Shown here piece by piece: positions 37,891-49,500 of a stretch of DNA of 64,000 bases (positions within the stretch are counted from its first letter, which is position 1; each line of letters begins with the position of its first letter). Source of the stretch: an uncultured Candidatus Saccharibacteria bacterium. GTDB lineage: Bacteria; Patescibacteriota; WWE3; 2-01-FULL-39-13. Where the stretch lies: assembly GCA_965230915.1 (NCBI GenBank), contig OZ246395.1, positions 76,019-140,018 of the forward strand. The letters run 5' to 3'. The notes under the pieces were generated by a model, which saw only the letters and a list, made by a program, of their open reading frames with translations, had not been told where the DNA came from and did not search any database. The position numbers and the translations under genes were made by a program.

Positions 37891-39087
37891 ATGGATTCTA
37901 AGCCTAAATGTTATGTGGGCATGAGCGGTGGGGTTGATAGCTCTGTTGCGGCCTACGTACTTAAAAATAGTGGGTATGAGGTGCATGGCATTTATGCCAA
38001 CTGCTTTTATGATGATGCTCAGTGCCGCAATAGTGAAGACCACAAAGATGCTGTTAAGGTCGCTAGTAACTTAGGTGTTAAATTAGATACTAAGGATTAC
38101 AGATCAAATTATCATGACAATGTTTTGAGCTACTTTTATTCGGAGTATTCAAACGGCAGGACGCCTAATCCTGACGTGTTATGTAATTCTGAGATTAAAT
38201 TTGGAGTTATGGCAAATGACATATTCGAATTAAGTAAGGAGAATTATCTTGCAACTGGGCACTATGTCGGTCGCGTTGATCTAGGTCATAACGAACTAGC
38301 CGCATATCTGCTGGCTAGCAACTTTACTAAACCTGCGATAGATAAGATAAGTGGCTTGATATCTGACCCTAATGATATGCGACGAACATTCCTCTTCTCT
38401 GGAAAGGATGACACTAAAGATCAGTCATATTTTTTATATCGCCTATATGACAAAACAGAAAATTTGGGTAGGTATATCTTTCCCTTATCAGAGCTGACAA
38501 AACGCGAAGTCAGAGACTTAGCAAGATCAATTGGAATAGACGTTGCCGGTAAGCCGGACAGCCAAGGTATTTGTTTTATTGGTGATGTTAAGTTAAGAGA
38601 GTTTATAAAAGACCATGTGAAAGGTGTTGAAGGTGATGTTGTTGATTTGCACGGAAATGTAATCGGAAAACATTCCGGAATTCAACTGTATACTATCGGT
38701 CAGCGGCATGGTTTTACTATATACGCCTATTCTGGCAGACCATACTATATAGTAGAGAAGATTTTAGATAAGAATATTTTGGTTGTCGGAAATAGAGAAG
38801 ATGCATCGACAACTAAATTTAATATTTCTAACTTATGCTTTCCACACTATATAGATAACTTTTTAGAGGAGTTCAATAATGGAGACTTAACTGTTAGGGT
38901 TAGGAACCTTGGTAGAAAAATTAAATGCAAAGTTAAATTGATTACCGAAAAAGATTCGGCTGAAAAAAAATATGAAGTCGAATTGTCAGAACCTGAGTTT
39001 GGAGTTTCGGCTGGCCAAAGTGCTGTGTTCTATTTAGGTCGGCTAATGTTGGGTGGTGGGGTAATAGAATCTTCATTAAAAATTTAG
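37891..39087 (+). CDS. mnmA: tRNA 2-thiouridine synthase MnmA
   Basis: PP-loop SGGVDSS. Catalytic cysteines (NCF…, GICFIG). Confidence 0.85.
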   Translation: MDSKPKCYVGMSGGVDSSVAAYVLKNSGYEVHGIYANCFYDDAQCRNSEDHKDAVKVASNLGVKLDTKDYRSNYHDNVLSYFYSEYSNGRTPNPDVLCNSEIKFGVMANDIFELSKENYLATGHYVGRVDLGHNELAAYLLASNFTKPAIDKISGLISDPNDMRRTFLFSGKDDTKDQSYFLYRLYDKTENLGRYIFPLSELTKREVRDLARSIGIDVAGKPDSQGICFIGDVKLREFIKDHVKGVEGDVVDLHGNVIGKHSGIQLYTIGQRHGFTIYAYSGRPYYIVEKILDKNILVVGNREDASTTKFNISNLCFPHYIDNFLEEFNNGDLTVRVRNLGRKIKCKVKLITEKDSAEKKYEVELSEPEFGVSAGQSAVFYLGRLMLGGGVIESSLKI

Positions 39088-39229
39088 GGCAAATAACTTC
39101 CACAAAAATTTCTAATAAAAATTTTGGACAGGCACTTCACTAAAAACTGCTCCCAAATACTACTTGACACTTTTGTGCTCATTATTGTTAAATAAGTATA
39201 AGGACAGTGTAAGTTAGAAAAATTAAAAA

Positions 39230-40048
39230 ATGAGCAAAACAAGTACTCACAATAAAACTTATCTTTCCTTATTAGAAAACAGCCTTCACGAGCTATTCAG
39301 TCCTCGTTCTAAAAAAGCACTCCTCGATTATGATCAGCTAAAGTTAATCGATCCTAAACAATTAAATGTTATTGATTGGGAACAATTGAAACTTATTGAT
39401 TCGAAAGAATTAGCTCTATTAGATGTAGCTGTTCTTTCTATTTTCTTCCAATATATAGGCGCATTCTTTTTGACTTTATCACTTGGCTTTATGGTGTCTT
39501 TTGGAGTGTTTACACTTCATAACTCTATAAATTCAGTTGTCTTAGCCGAAGGGAATCCTTCAAATGCTAATGTTTATGCTCAGGCTCCTGTTTCTCACTC
39601 AAAGCGAGTAGAGCTAGCTTCAGCTGTTGTAGAAGTTGATTATGTTTCAAGATCAAGCTTCGCTGTATTAGACGAAAAGCCTGTTGTTGAGGCTGAAGTC
39701 GAAAAATCGGTTCTTGGCGCTTCCACTAATGAAGAGCCAGTAGTCTTAGTTGCGCCAAATTCATGCTCATTTAGAGTGGTAGAAGGCAAAAAGATTGTAA
39801 GAATTTCAAGTGGAAGCCAGTACGCTCCATCTAAAGTATTCAAACTATGTGTTGATTCAGCTGAAAAATCATCAGCATACTCATGGAGCCTAGATTCAAA
39901 AACTACCGATAATAACAGTGATTGCGTAACTTCTTACGAAATAGCAAACATCGCAAATATTGATGCATCAGTCTTAGATGAAACAGGAAATACAATCGCT
40001 TCCTGTGATTTAAGTTTAGTTAAAAGCGCCATAATGGCGGCAAATTAA
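39230..40048 (+). CDS. membrane-anchored protein with N-terminal (D/E)QLKLID repeats
   Basis: Three QLKLID/QLNVID repeats, then a TM helix and an extracytoplasmic Ser/Val-rich domain. A TTGACA-18-TGTTAAAT promoter lies ~40 nt upstream. Confidence 0.45.
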   Translation: MSKTSTHNKTYLSLLENSLHELFSPRSKKALLDYDQLKLIDPKQLNVIDWEQLKLIDSKELALLDVAVLSIFFQYIGAFFLTLSLGFMVSFGVFTLHNSINSVVLAEGNPSNANVYAQAPVSHSKRVELASAVVEVDYVSRSSFAVLDEKPVVEAEVEKSVLGASTNEEPVVLVAPNSCSFRVVEGKKIVRISSGSQYAPSKVFKLCVDSAEKSSAYSWSLDSKTTDNNSDCVTSYEIANIANIDASVLDETGNTIASCDLSLVKSAIMAAN

Positions 40049-40487
40049 TATGGAATTCTCAGTACTAAACTTAAATTCAACCAAATTTTTTGCCTATATT
40101 TTTTCATCTTTAATGCTCTTTATGGTGGTGGCCATAAGTGCTCCCCAGATGTATTCTGACGCAGCGAGACCTGCATACGCGAGTCAGAAAGAAGTAGTTG
40201 TATTGCAGTGTGAAATTCGCTAGAATAACCGTTGCTTAGTTGGTTGAACAAAAATTCTCCAACATTCTAGCGAAAATTCGCACAAGCCCAGACATAACTA
40301 ACTAAAACAGAAGCCTTTCTGGTTTTTGTTTTTTTGAGTTTTTGTCCACCTAAATAGGGTGTAAGCGAGTAGCTCATTTATAATTAAAGAGATTTTTTTA
40401 CAGTCATATAAAATCATTTTTTATTAATTTATTAAAATTAAAAACAGCAAACCAATCGAGTTTTGATTGGTGAAAAGAATTCTATTT

Positions 40488-41924
<1,437 letters not shown>

Positions 41925-42116
41925 AAAGGAGAAAAATTTCGGTTTATTGAATCCCGGCTCGCAAGAGTCAATCAATAAACGGCTTTACGTGGAGCTAATC
42001 ACTTCAGTATTGTCACAAAAGCTAGCTTCTCATGCTAGCTCTAGATAGCTTTTTGCGTGAGGCTAAACGCATAACCGAATTCTTTTCACCGCTCAGATCT
42101 TGATTGAATATCAAGT

Positions 42117-42142
42117 AAAAAGCGCTCGCAAGCGCGCTTTTT
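42117..42142. terminator. A4-hairpin-T4 bidirectional terminator candidate
   Basis: AAAAAGCGCTCGCAAGCGCGCTTTTT. Confidence 0.5.
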
Positions 42143-42175
42143 GTAATAAAAATCTCTTTAAAATTAACAAACGAA

Positions 42176-42201
42176 GGCCGCAATTAAATGCGGCTTTTTT
42201 T
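42176..42201 (+). terminator. intrinsic terminator downstream of 16S
   Basis: GGCCGCA-AUUAAA-UGCGGC stem-loop followed by TTTTTTT. Confidence 0.7.
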
Positions 42202-42260
42202 GTTGCCTAAAAGTTAAGATAGGATTGCAAATTTTTATTTAATTCATGCGAGTTTAAGGG

Positions 42261-42277
42261 TATACTAAATTAGTATA
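42261..42277 (+). promoter_or_regulatory. 17-bp palindrome TATACTAAATTAGTATA (promoter/operator candidate) upstream of giant gene 1
   Basis: Half-sites TATACTAA/TTAGTATA are perfect reverse complements. It ends 16 nt before the ATG and contains a -10-like TATACT. Confidence 0.4.
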
Positions 42278-42293
42278 TTAAACCTAACTGCCC

Positions 42294-45200
42294 ATGAGGA
42301 ACTTACTTAACATTTTCGCTTCACTGTTTCTATTGATATCAATTGTGATTGCTGGGGATGTGCTGCTTGGCTTTTTAGGATTCCATAAGACAGATAATTT
42401 AATAATGGGCGAGGTTTTAACCCAAACAGCTGGCGCAGAAACCGGGAATTTTGTGAGTCCGGTTGAACTTAAAACGAGCGCGGTTGTTCCTTCTGTTCTT
42501 GCTGCCACAACTGCAGTAACTCCGATAACTACAGCTTCAATTCTAAAATCTTTTTCGTGGGAAGAAATTTCTACCAAACTAAGAGCTTTGCCTGATTTTT
42601 ATTTCAGCGAAGATGTCCAATTCTATAAAGATGCAAATATCAGTGGTTCAGCATTTATCGAAAACAATTTAGAAGTTGGGGAAAAGTTAAAAGTTCACGA
42701 TGACGCAAAAATTAAAGGTAATCTTACTGTTGAAGGAGAAAAAATTTCAATTAATGGAGAGAAATATATTTTTCCGGACGAGCAGGGTGTCGGATCGTTA
42801 ACTAACGATGGCGAAGGTAATTTATCGTGGGCAAGTATCGCTAACAGTATTACAACCTTTTTAGGGCTTAGTGATACTCCAAATTCGTACTCGTCGAACG
42901 AAGATAAAATTGTGCGTGTAAATACTGCAGGCACTGCTTTAGAATTTGTAGATCTATCTAGCTTAGGCGGAGTTACATCTGTCACAAATAGTGACGGAAC
43001 ACTTTTGATTTCTCCCACAACTGGCGATGTAATTGCGTCGTTGAACTTGGGGAATGCCAATTCTTGGTCTGCCGCTCAAACCTTTTCTTCTAATACATAT
43101 TTTTCTGATAGCAGCGCTATTAGTTCATCCGGAAATTTAGGAATTGGAACGACTGCCCCAAGCTCAAAGTTAACTTTAGTTGGCGGAGATTATTTGCATA
43201 ATGCAAGCGGGTCACTTTCATTAACGGGGACATATACCGCACCTGGTAATACTGAGGATGTTTATGTTCAGGGTAGATACGCTTATTTAGCGTCCGATTC
43301 AAACGGATTTTATATTGTCGATATTAATAATCCTGCAGCTCCTGCTTTAGTTTCTAATATAAATACAGCTGGGGTTGCATATGGTGTTTATGTTTCAGGT
43401 AGGTATTTGTATGTGGCAGATGGAACAGCTGGGCTTTTAATTTATGATGTAACTAATCCAAACTCACCTGTAAGAGTCGGTTTATATAATACTTCAGGCC
43501 AAGCTAGAAAGGTCACTGTTTCTGGAAATTACGCGTATGTAGCAGATTACACAGGCGGGTTAGATGTAATTGATGTTACTAATCCAAGAAATCCAACTTT
43601 GGTCTCAGCTACTAGTACTACATTAGCTTTAGATGTTTACGTAGCTGGCAGATATTTATATTTAGCAGATGGGTCAAATGGGCTTGTAACTTATGATATT
43701 ACAAACCCGGCCTCGCCAAGTTTGGTATCTACCCAAGCGATGAGTGGAACAGCTCGAGATATATATGTGTCGGGCAAATATGCTTACGTTGCCGCATCTG
43801 ATATATCGGCTGCGCTAAGAATATTCGATATAAGCAATCCCAGTTCGCCTTCAGCCACAGGGTCCGTATCAATTAGTCAGCCTTTAGGAGTTGTTGTTTC
43901 AGGTAGGTATGCGTATGTCGCAGATGGAACCGGCGGTGGCGGGATGAGGGTTGTGGACATTAGTAATCCTACAGCTCCAGTTATTGCAGCTTCCTATGTT
44001 TCTGCAACATTTGGCGCTACGAGTGTTTATGTATCAGGCAAATACGCATATTTGGCTGATAATGATACGGGGCTTGAAATTGTTGGAATTAATGGGGATG
44101 ATACACCGGCTGTAACCACGGGCAATTTATCATCAGGGAATATTACTGTTTTAGACAGTGCGGATATCGGAAATAATTTAAATATACGAAACAGTGTTAA
44201 CGTCGGTGGAAGAGCTAACTTTAGCGGAATGGTCGCAATCGGAGTTTCGAGCCCACAAACTGCATTAACGATTGCACAGTCAAGCACAGGTGATCTTCTA
44301 AATTTACTGAACAATTCAACTAGCTTATTTATTGTTAAAGGTAACGGAAGAGTTGGTATTGGAACTACAGCTCCGGAGTCGCTATTATCACTCGCAGGTG
44401 GAGCAACAATTGGGGCAGGTTATACGGGTATTGGAATTTCAGCTCCACTAAACGGACTTTTAGTTCAGGGGAATGTTGGTTTAGGTACTACCAACCCGAG
44501 TGAAAAGCTAAATTTAGTAGGGGGGAACTTTTTACATAAGGCGAGTGGTGACCCAGAATTAATTGCGACTGTATCAAATGTGGCACAAGATGTTGTCGTT
44601 GTTGGTAAGTACGCATATATTGCGGATCAAAATCAAACCGCCGCATTAAGGATTTTAGATATAAGTAATCCTTCGAGTCCTTCTCAAGTTGGATCTGCTA
44701 ATATTGGTGGATTTAATCAGGCAGATGAAGTCTTCGTTTCAGGTAGTTACGCATATTTAGCAGCTTTATCTAATGGAACTAAGATTATTGATATAAGTAA
44801 CCCTTCAAGTCCAACGGTTGTTGCTTCGATTGCCGCCGGGAGCAGCGTTAGAGGTGTTTTTGTACAGGGTAACTATTTATACACTATAGACAGCGGAGTT
44901 GTAGGTGATGCATTGAAGATTTATGACATAACTGTTCCTACAAGTCCTAGACTTGCAGGGTCGTATGGAAGTGTTTTGTATGGTGTATATGTTTCGGGTA
45001 AATATGCTTATTTAGCTCAGCATAGTGGGGGAATGTTAATTGTTGATATTAGCGATCCGTCGAGTCCCAGTTTAGTTGGTACTTATGACACTCCAGGCGC
45101 AGCGCTAAAGATTACGGTTGTTGGTAAGTATGCGTATATAGCTGATCTTGATGGTGGTTTGCAGATAGTTAATATATCAAACCCAGCATCGCCAGTTTCT

Positions 45201-46481
45201 GCCGGTTCTTATGCTACTACAGATTCGGCATATGATGTTAAAGTTGCCGGAAATTACGCTTATATTGCAGAAAATGGTACGAATAATTACTTCGAGATAA
45301 TTGATATATCAAACCCAGCATCGCCGGTTTTAGTTTCTACCGTAGGCACTACAGAATCATATGGAATTGATGTAGCCGGAAAGTATGCTTATATTGCAGA
45401 TCGAAGTGCCGGAACAAAAATTTATGATATTAATGGGGTTGATACTCCATCATTGGTAGCTGGAGCTGTAGAGACAACAGATCTTAATGTAACAAATAAT
45501 TTATCAGTCGATAATTATCTATTGGCGAATAGTTTAGGTATTGGTCGCGGTGGTGCAAAGATTGAAGGAACCGTTGGTATCGGAACATCATCGTCACAAT
45601 CTGCACTGACAGTCTCGCAAAGAGGCTCAGGATTTATTTTTAATGTATTAGATGGAAATACAAGTGTATTCACTGTTGAAGATGGCGGAAATGTAGGAAT
45701 CGGAACAAGCGACCCGGGAAGTAAATTATCAATTGCTAATTTGGGCACTGGAACGGGTACAACGCTTGTTATTGATTCAAGTGGCAATGTGTTCAAAGAT
45801 TCATCTTCCGAGCGCTATAAAATGAATATAGAACCTTTAAACGTGGATTTTGAAAAGGTTCTCGAACTTCAACCAAAGGAATATGACTTCAAAGATAGTG
45901 GTATACATACAATTGGTTATATTGCGGAAGAAGTTGAAGCACTTGGCGGGTTGGATGATTTATTGATTTACGACAATCAGGGCCGAGTCGATGGATTTAA
46001 ATATGACCGTCTTCCAATTTACACATTAGAAATTGTTAAAGGTTTAAATGAACGAGTTGAATCACTTGAAGAACGTGTAAGTAATTTAGAATCAAAAGCG
46101 GGTGTGTTAGGAGATTCAGATGATGCAACTGATTCCGAAGGGGTTGCTGATGAAAGCGTTAGTGACTATTACGGAATAATTGTTGTAGATGAAGATGGCG
46201 ATGTAGAAATAGAAAATAACGTTGAAGTTAGAGGTCTATTACGCGCCGCAAAGATAAATATTTCAGAAAATTCAGAAGCAGTAGGAAAGGCAGTGATTCG
46301 TGCGGGTCAAACTTCGGTTGAGGTGGGTAGTGCAACTTTAACTGTTGATTCGGTAATTTTTGTTACTCCAGATTCTCCTGTGACTATCTCTGCAAAGAAA
46401 ACTGATTACGATAAATTTGAAGTTAAATTAGATAAATCATATGACTACGATGTCAACGTAAATTGGATCGTTATTAACTAA
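42294..46481 (+). CDS. giant secreted/surface protein (1395 aa): N-terminal anchor, LVIVD-type β-propeller repeats, GIGTT repeats, C-terminal intramolecular-chaperone (peptidase S74/tail-fibre) domain
   Basis: N-terminal TM helix. About 20 repeats of the type GRYAYVADGTAGLLIYDVTNPNSP. GIGTTAP…L.LVGG motifs. C-terminal SSERYKMNIEPL…IGYIAEEVEAL… as in phage tail-fibre chaperone domains. Confidence 0.6.
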   Translation: MRNLLNIFASLFLLISIVIAGDVLLGFLGFHKTDNLIMGEVLTQTAGAETGNFVSPVELKTSAVVPSVLAATTAVTPITTASILKSFSWEEISTKLRALPDFYFSEDVQFYKDANISGSAFIENNLEVGEKLKVHDDAKIKGNLTVEGEKISINGEKYIFPDEQGVGSLTNDGEGNLSWASIANSITTFLGLSDTPNSYSSNEDKIVRVNTAGTALEFVDLSSLGGVTSVTNSDGTLLISPTTGDVIASLNLGNANSWSAAQTFSSNTYFSDSSAISSSGNLGIGTTAPSSKLTLVGGDYLHNASGSLSLTGTYTAPGNTEDVYVQGRYAYLASDSNGFYIVDINNPAAPALVSNINTAGVAYGVYVSGRYLYVADGTAGLLIYDVTNPNSPVRVGLYNTSGQARKVTVSGNYAYVADYTGGLDVIDVTNPRNPTLVSATSTTLALDVYVAGRYLYLADGSNGLVTYDITNPASPSLVSTQAMSGTARDIYVSGKYAYVAASDISAALRIFDISNPSSPSATGSVSISQPLGVVVSGRYAYVADGTGGGGMRVVDISNPTAPVIAASYVSATFGATSVYVSGKYAYLADNDTGLEIVGINGDDTPAVTTGNLSSGNITVLDSADIGNNLNIRNSVNVGGRANFSGMVAIGVSSPQTALTIAQSSTGDLLNLLNNSTSLFIVKGNGRVGIGTTAPESLLSLAGGATIGAGYTGIGISAPLNGLLVQGNVGLGTTNPSEKLNLVGGNFLHKASGDPELIATVSNVAQDVVVVGKYAYIADQNQTAALRILDISNPSSPSQVGSANIGGFNQADEVFVSGSYAYLAALSNGTKIIDISNPSSPTVVASIAAGSSVRGVFVQGNYLYTIDSGVVGDALKIYDITVPTSPRLAGSYGSVLYGVYVSGKYAYLAQHSGGMLIVDISDPSSPSLVGTYDTPGAALKITVVGKYAYIADLDGGLQIVNISNPASPVSAGSYATTDSAYDVKVAGNYAYIAENGTNNYFEIIDISNPASPVLVSTVGTTESYGIDVAGKYAYIADRSAGTKIYDINGVDTPSLVAGAVETTDLNVTNNLSVDNYLLANSLGIGRGGAKIEGTVGIGTSSSQSALTVSQRGSGFIFNVLDGNTSVFTVEDGGNVGIGTSDPGSKLSIANLGTGTGTTLVIDSSGNVFKDSSSERYKMNIEPLNVDFEKVLELQPKEYDFKDSGIHTIGYIAEEVEALGGLDDLLIYDNQGRVDGFKYDRLPIYTLEIVKGLNERVESLEERVSNLESKAGVLGDSDDATDSEGVADESVSDYYGIIVVDEDGDVEIENNVEVRGLLRAAKINISENSEAVGKAVIRAGQTSVEVGSATLTVDSVIFVTPDSPVTISAKKTDYDKFEVKLDKSYDYDVNVNWIVIN

Positions 46482-46511
46482 AATTCTTTTTATTCTTAAC
46501 TCAATTTCAGC

Positions 46512-46528
46512 TATACTAAATTAGTATC
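46512..46528 (+). promoter_or_regulatory. second copy of the TATACTAAATTAGTAT(C) palindrome upstream of giant gene 2
   Basis: 16 of 17 positions identical to the copy at 42261. It lies 49 nt upstream of ATG 46577. Confidence 0.4.
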
Positions 46529-46576
46529 CTATAAACAAAGGACAGGGCTTTGTGTTGTTGGATAGGAACCTATTAA

Positions 46577-49500
46577 ATGAAAAGGTTTTTAAACATCTTT
46601 GCAACCTTGTTTTTGTCTATTTCGCTTATTGCGGTAATAAACGTATTTGTAAATGTATTCGAAGCGAAAAATAATGGTTATGAAGCAGAATTTCCAATAG
46701 ATCCTAAAGTTAAAGCGGCTTCTGTTACGTATGAAATTGCTGATTCTCCTCAAAGTGCCTATAGTGCTGAGGCAAAAACGACTACAATTAATAACTCAAT
46801 TTATTCAGATAGCAATGTATTAAAAGACTTCTTAGTATGGAAAGATTCTGAACCCGGTTTGGTTAAGAAAGCTGAGGTTATTCCAGATACATATTTTGAT
46901 GAGGATGCGCAATTTGAAAAGCGCTTGAATGTAGCGGGAAATGGATTAATCGAAGGTGGCTTAGCAATAGGCGGTCGATTAAGAGTTGACGATGAAGCAA
47001 CATTTGAAGATAAAGTTACGATTGATAATGATGAAGTTGAGATAAATGGTGTTCGATATTATTTTCCGGAAGAACAGGCAGCGGATGATGGTTATGTTTT
47101 AGCAAATGATGGCGAAGGTAATTTAGATTGGATTTCACAAGAAGAAATATTCCCAGGCATATCAGGTACCGATAACAGATTAGCAAGGTTTAACGATGCA
47201 GGAACAGGAATCGAAGATTCTTCGATTGATGATTTATATTCTGGTGGTGTTGCCTTAACAATTGATTCGGATGGAGGCATTGGAATTGGGACAACTGTGA
47301 CATTGTATGATTTCGAGGTTAATGGTACTTCAAACTTCACAAGCTTTTTCTTAAATAGCGTTTTAATAACCGCTACTGCATCTGAAATCAATTCATTAAG
47401 TGGATTTTCAGCAGATGCAGGTGCCGTTACATTCGGTGATGGTTCAGGAATAACAAACGATCAGGCAAATTTTTATTGGGATGATTCTTCTGATAGTTTA
47501 GGTATCGGAACAAGTGCTCCGACTCAAGCGTTAGATGTTGATGGGGGAATACGTACAACCGATGATGTTTATATCGGATCGATCGGATTAAATGATACAA
47601 CCGGAACGGCTACATCCGGGGCTTCGAGGATTGGTGTTTTCGATGAGTTTCAAAATACGAACTCGACTAACCTTCAAGATGTTTTAGATGATCTTGATGC
47701 TTCGATTACTACGTTCGCAGCTGGGGCAGGAGATATCGAAGCAGTCGGATCGATGGCAGCAGGCGAAACATTTAATAGCGCGTCAGCCGACGATCAATGG
47801 TTAGGATTAGGTGCAAGCGCCGGACGAATTGAATTCGACGACCAAACAACCGATGAAGTTAACATTTTAAATGCAAGATTGGGAATTGGAACAACAGTTC
47901 CCACAGAAACATTACATGTTGCTGGAACAGCATTAGTTACCGGAGAAATAACAGCTTCATCTGGCGTAAATATTGGCTTAAACCAGGATGCAAATCTTAT
48001 AAGTACATCCTCGGTAGGAGCTTCTTCTACAACACTATTTATTGGTAATGAATCCATTTTAACTAGTGGGGATATTGGTGTGTCTGTCCAAGCTTGGGAT
48101 ACCGACCTTGATACAATGGCTGGCTTAAGTAGTGCAGACGGCAATTTTATTGTCGGGTCAGGTTCAGGATGGGTTGTTGAATCTGGAAACACTGCAAGAA
48201 CATCATTAGGTCTTGGAACCGGTGATAGTCCTCAATTTGCCGGGCTTAATATAACCGGAAACACAACCCTAGGTGATGCTGCAGGTGATACAGTGACATC
48301 AAATGCAGCAAGTTGGACATTTGCAAATGATACGAACGTAACAGTATCAGGTGGAGTCGGAGGATTTAGTTTTGATACAAATACTTTGTCGATCGATTCA
48401 ACAAACGATAGAGTTGGAGTAGGTACGACTGCTCCATCATATGCATTTGAAGTTAATGGAAGTGCTGGTGGTATTGCTATTACGCGCACAAACGATACAG
48501 CGTCAATAGAGCCATTTCTCTTATTTAGAAAAGGAACAACTCCGGTTGATATAGCTCAGATAAGAGCGATTGATGGTGGAGGGTTAAGGTTTACAAATGG
48601 AAATGCGTCAACTGAATGGGCCAGAATTTCAAGTACTGGCAATGTTGGAATTGGAACAACAGTTCCGAGAAGCTTACTTTCAGTTGCAGGTGGAGTAGAA
48701 GTTGGTTCAGGATATACAGCTACAGGTGTATCAGCTCCAACAAATGGATTAATTGTCCAAGGTGCGGTTGGAGTAGGAACTTCTAACCCTACAAGTGGGG
48801 TTGCCCTAGATGTAAATGGAACGATAAAAATTTCCGGGGGATCTCCAGGCGCAAATAAAGTTTTAATTTCAGATGCGAATGGGGTTGCCAGCTGGACAAG
48901 CTTATCGGCGGGGGGAGTTGGAGTTTCTTCAATAACAGGAACCACAAATCAAATTACTGCGTCGGCATCAACGGGGGCTGTAACTCTAAGTTTGCCGTCG
49001 ACATTAATTGCACCTGGAACGTTCCAGTCACTCGGGAATATCACATTCGGTGATGCGGCAGCAGATACAGTCACATCGAATGCTTCAAGTTGGACATTTG
49101 CAAATGATACAAATGTGACTCTATCAGGCGGATTAGCCGGACTTAGTTTTGATACAAATACACTATCAATTGATGCAGCAAACGATCGGATTGGAGTTGG
49201 AACAACAACTCCAGGAGCAAAATTAGATGTAGCAGGATCAGCCAGATATCTTGCAACTAACACACTTCCAACCGGTGGAGGAAAAGGTTTGGAACTTTGG
49301 TATTATCAGACCGGCGATTATGGTCTTGTATTATCCTACGACAGAGGCACAAATGCCTATCAAGACTTGAGGGTGGCTGGTAGTTCTATTGGCTTTGAGG
49401 AGGGTTCGACAAGAATAATGACGATTGATGGCGGAAATGTCGGTATTGGAAACACTGCCCCACAGGAGCTTTTAAGTTTATCTTCGACTACTGATCCGAC

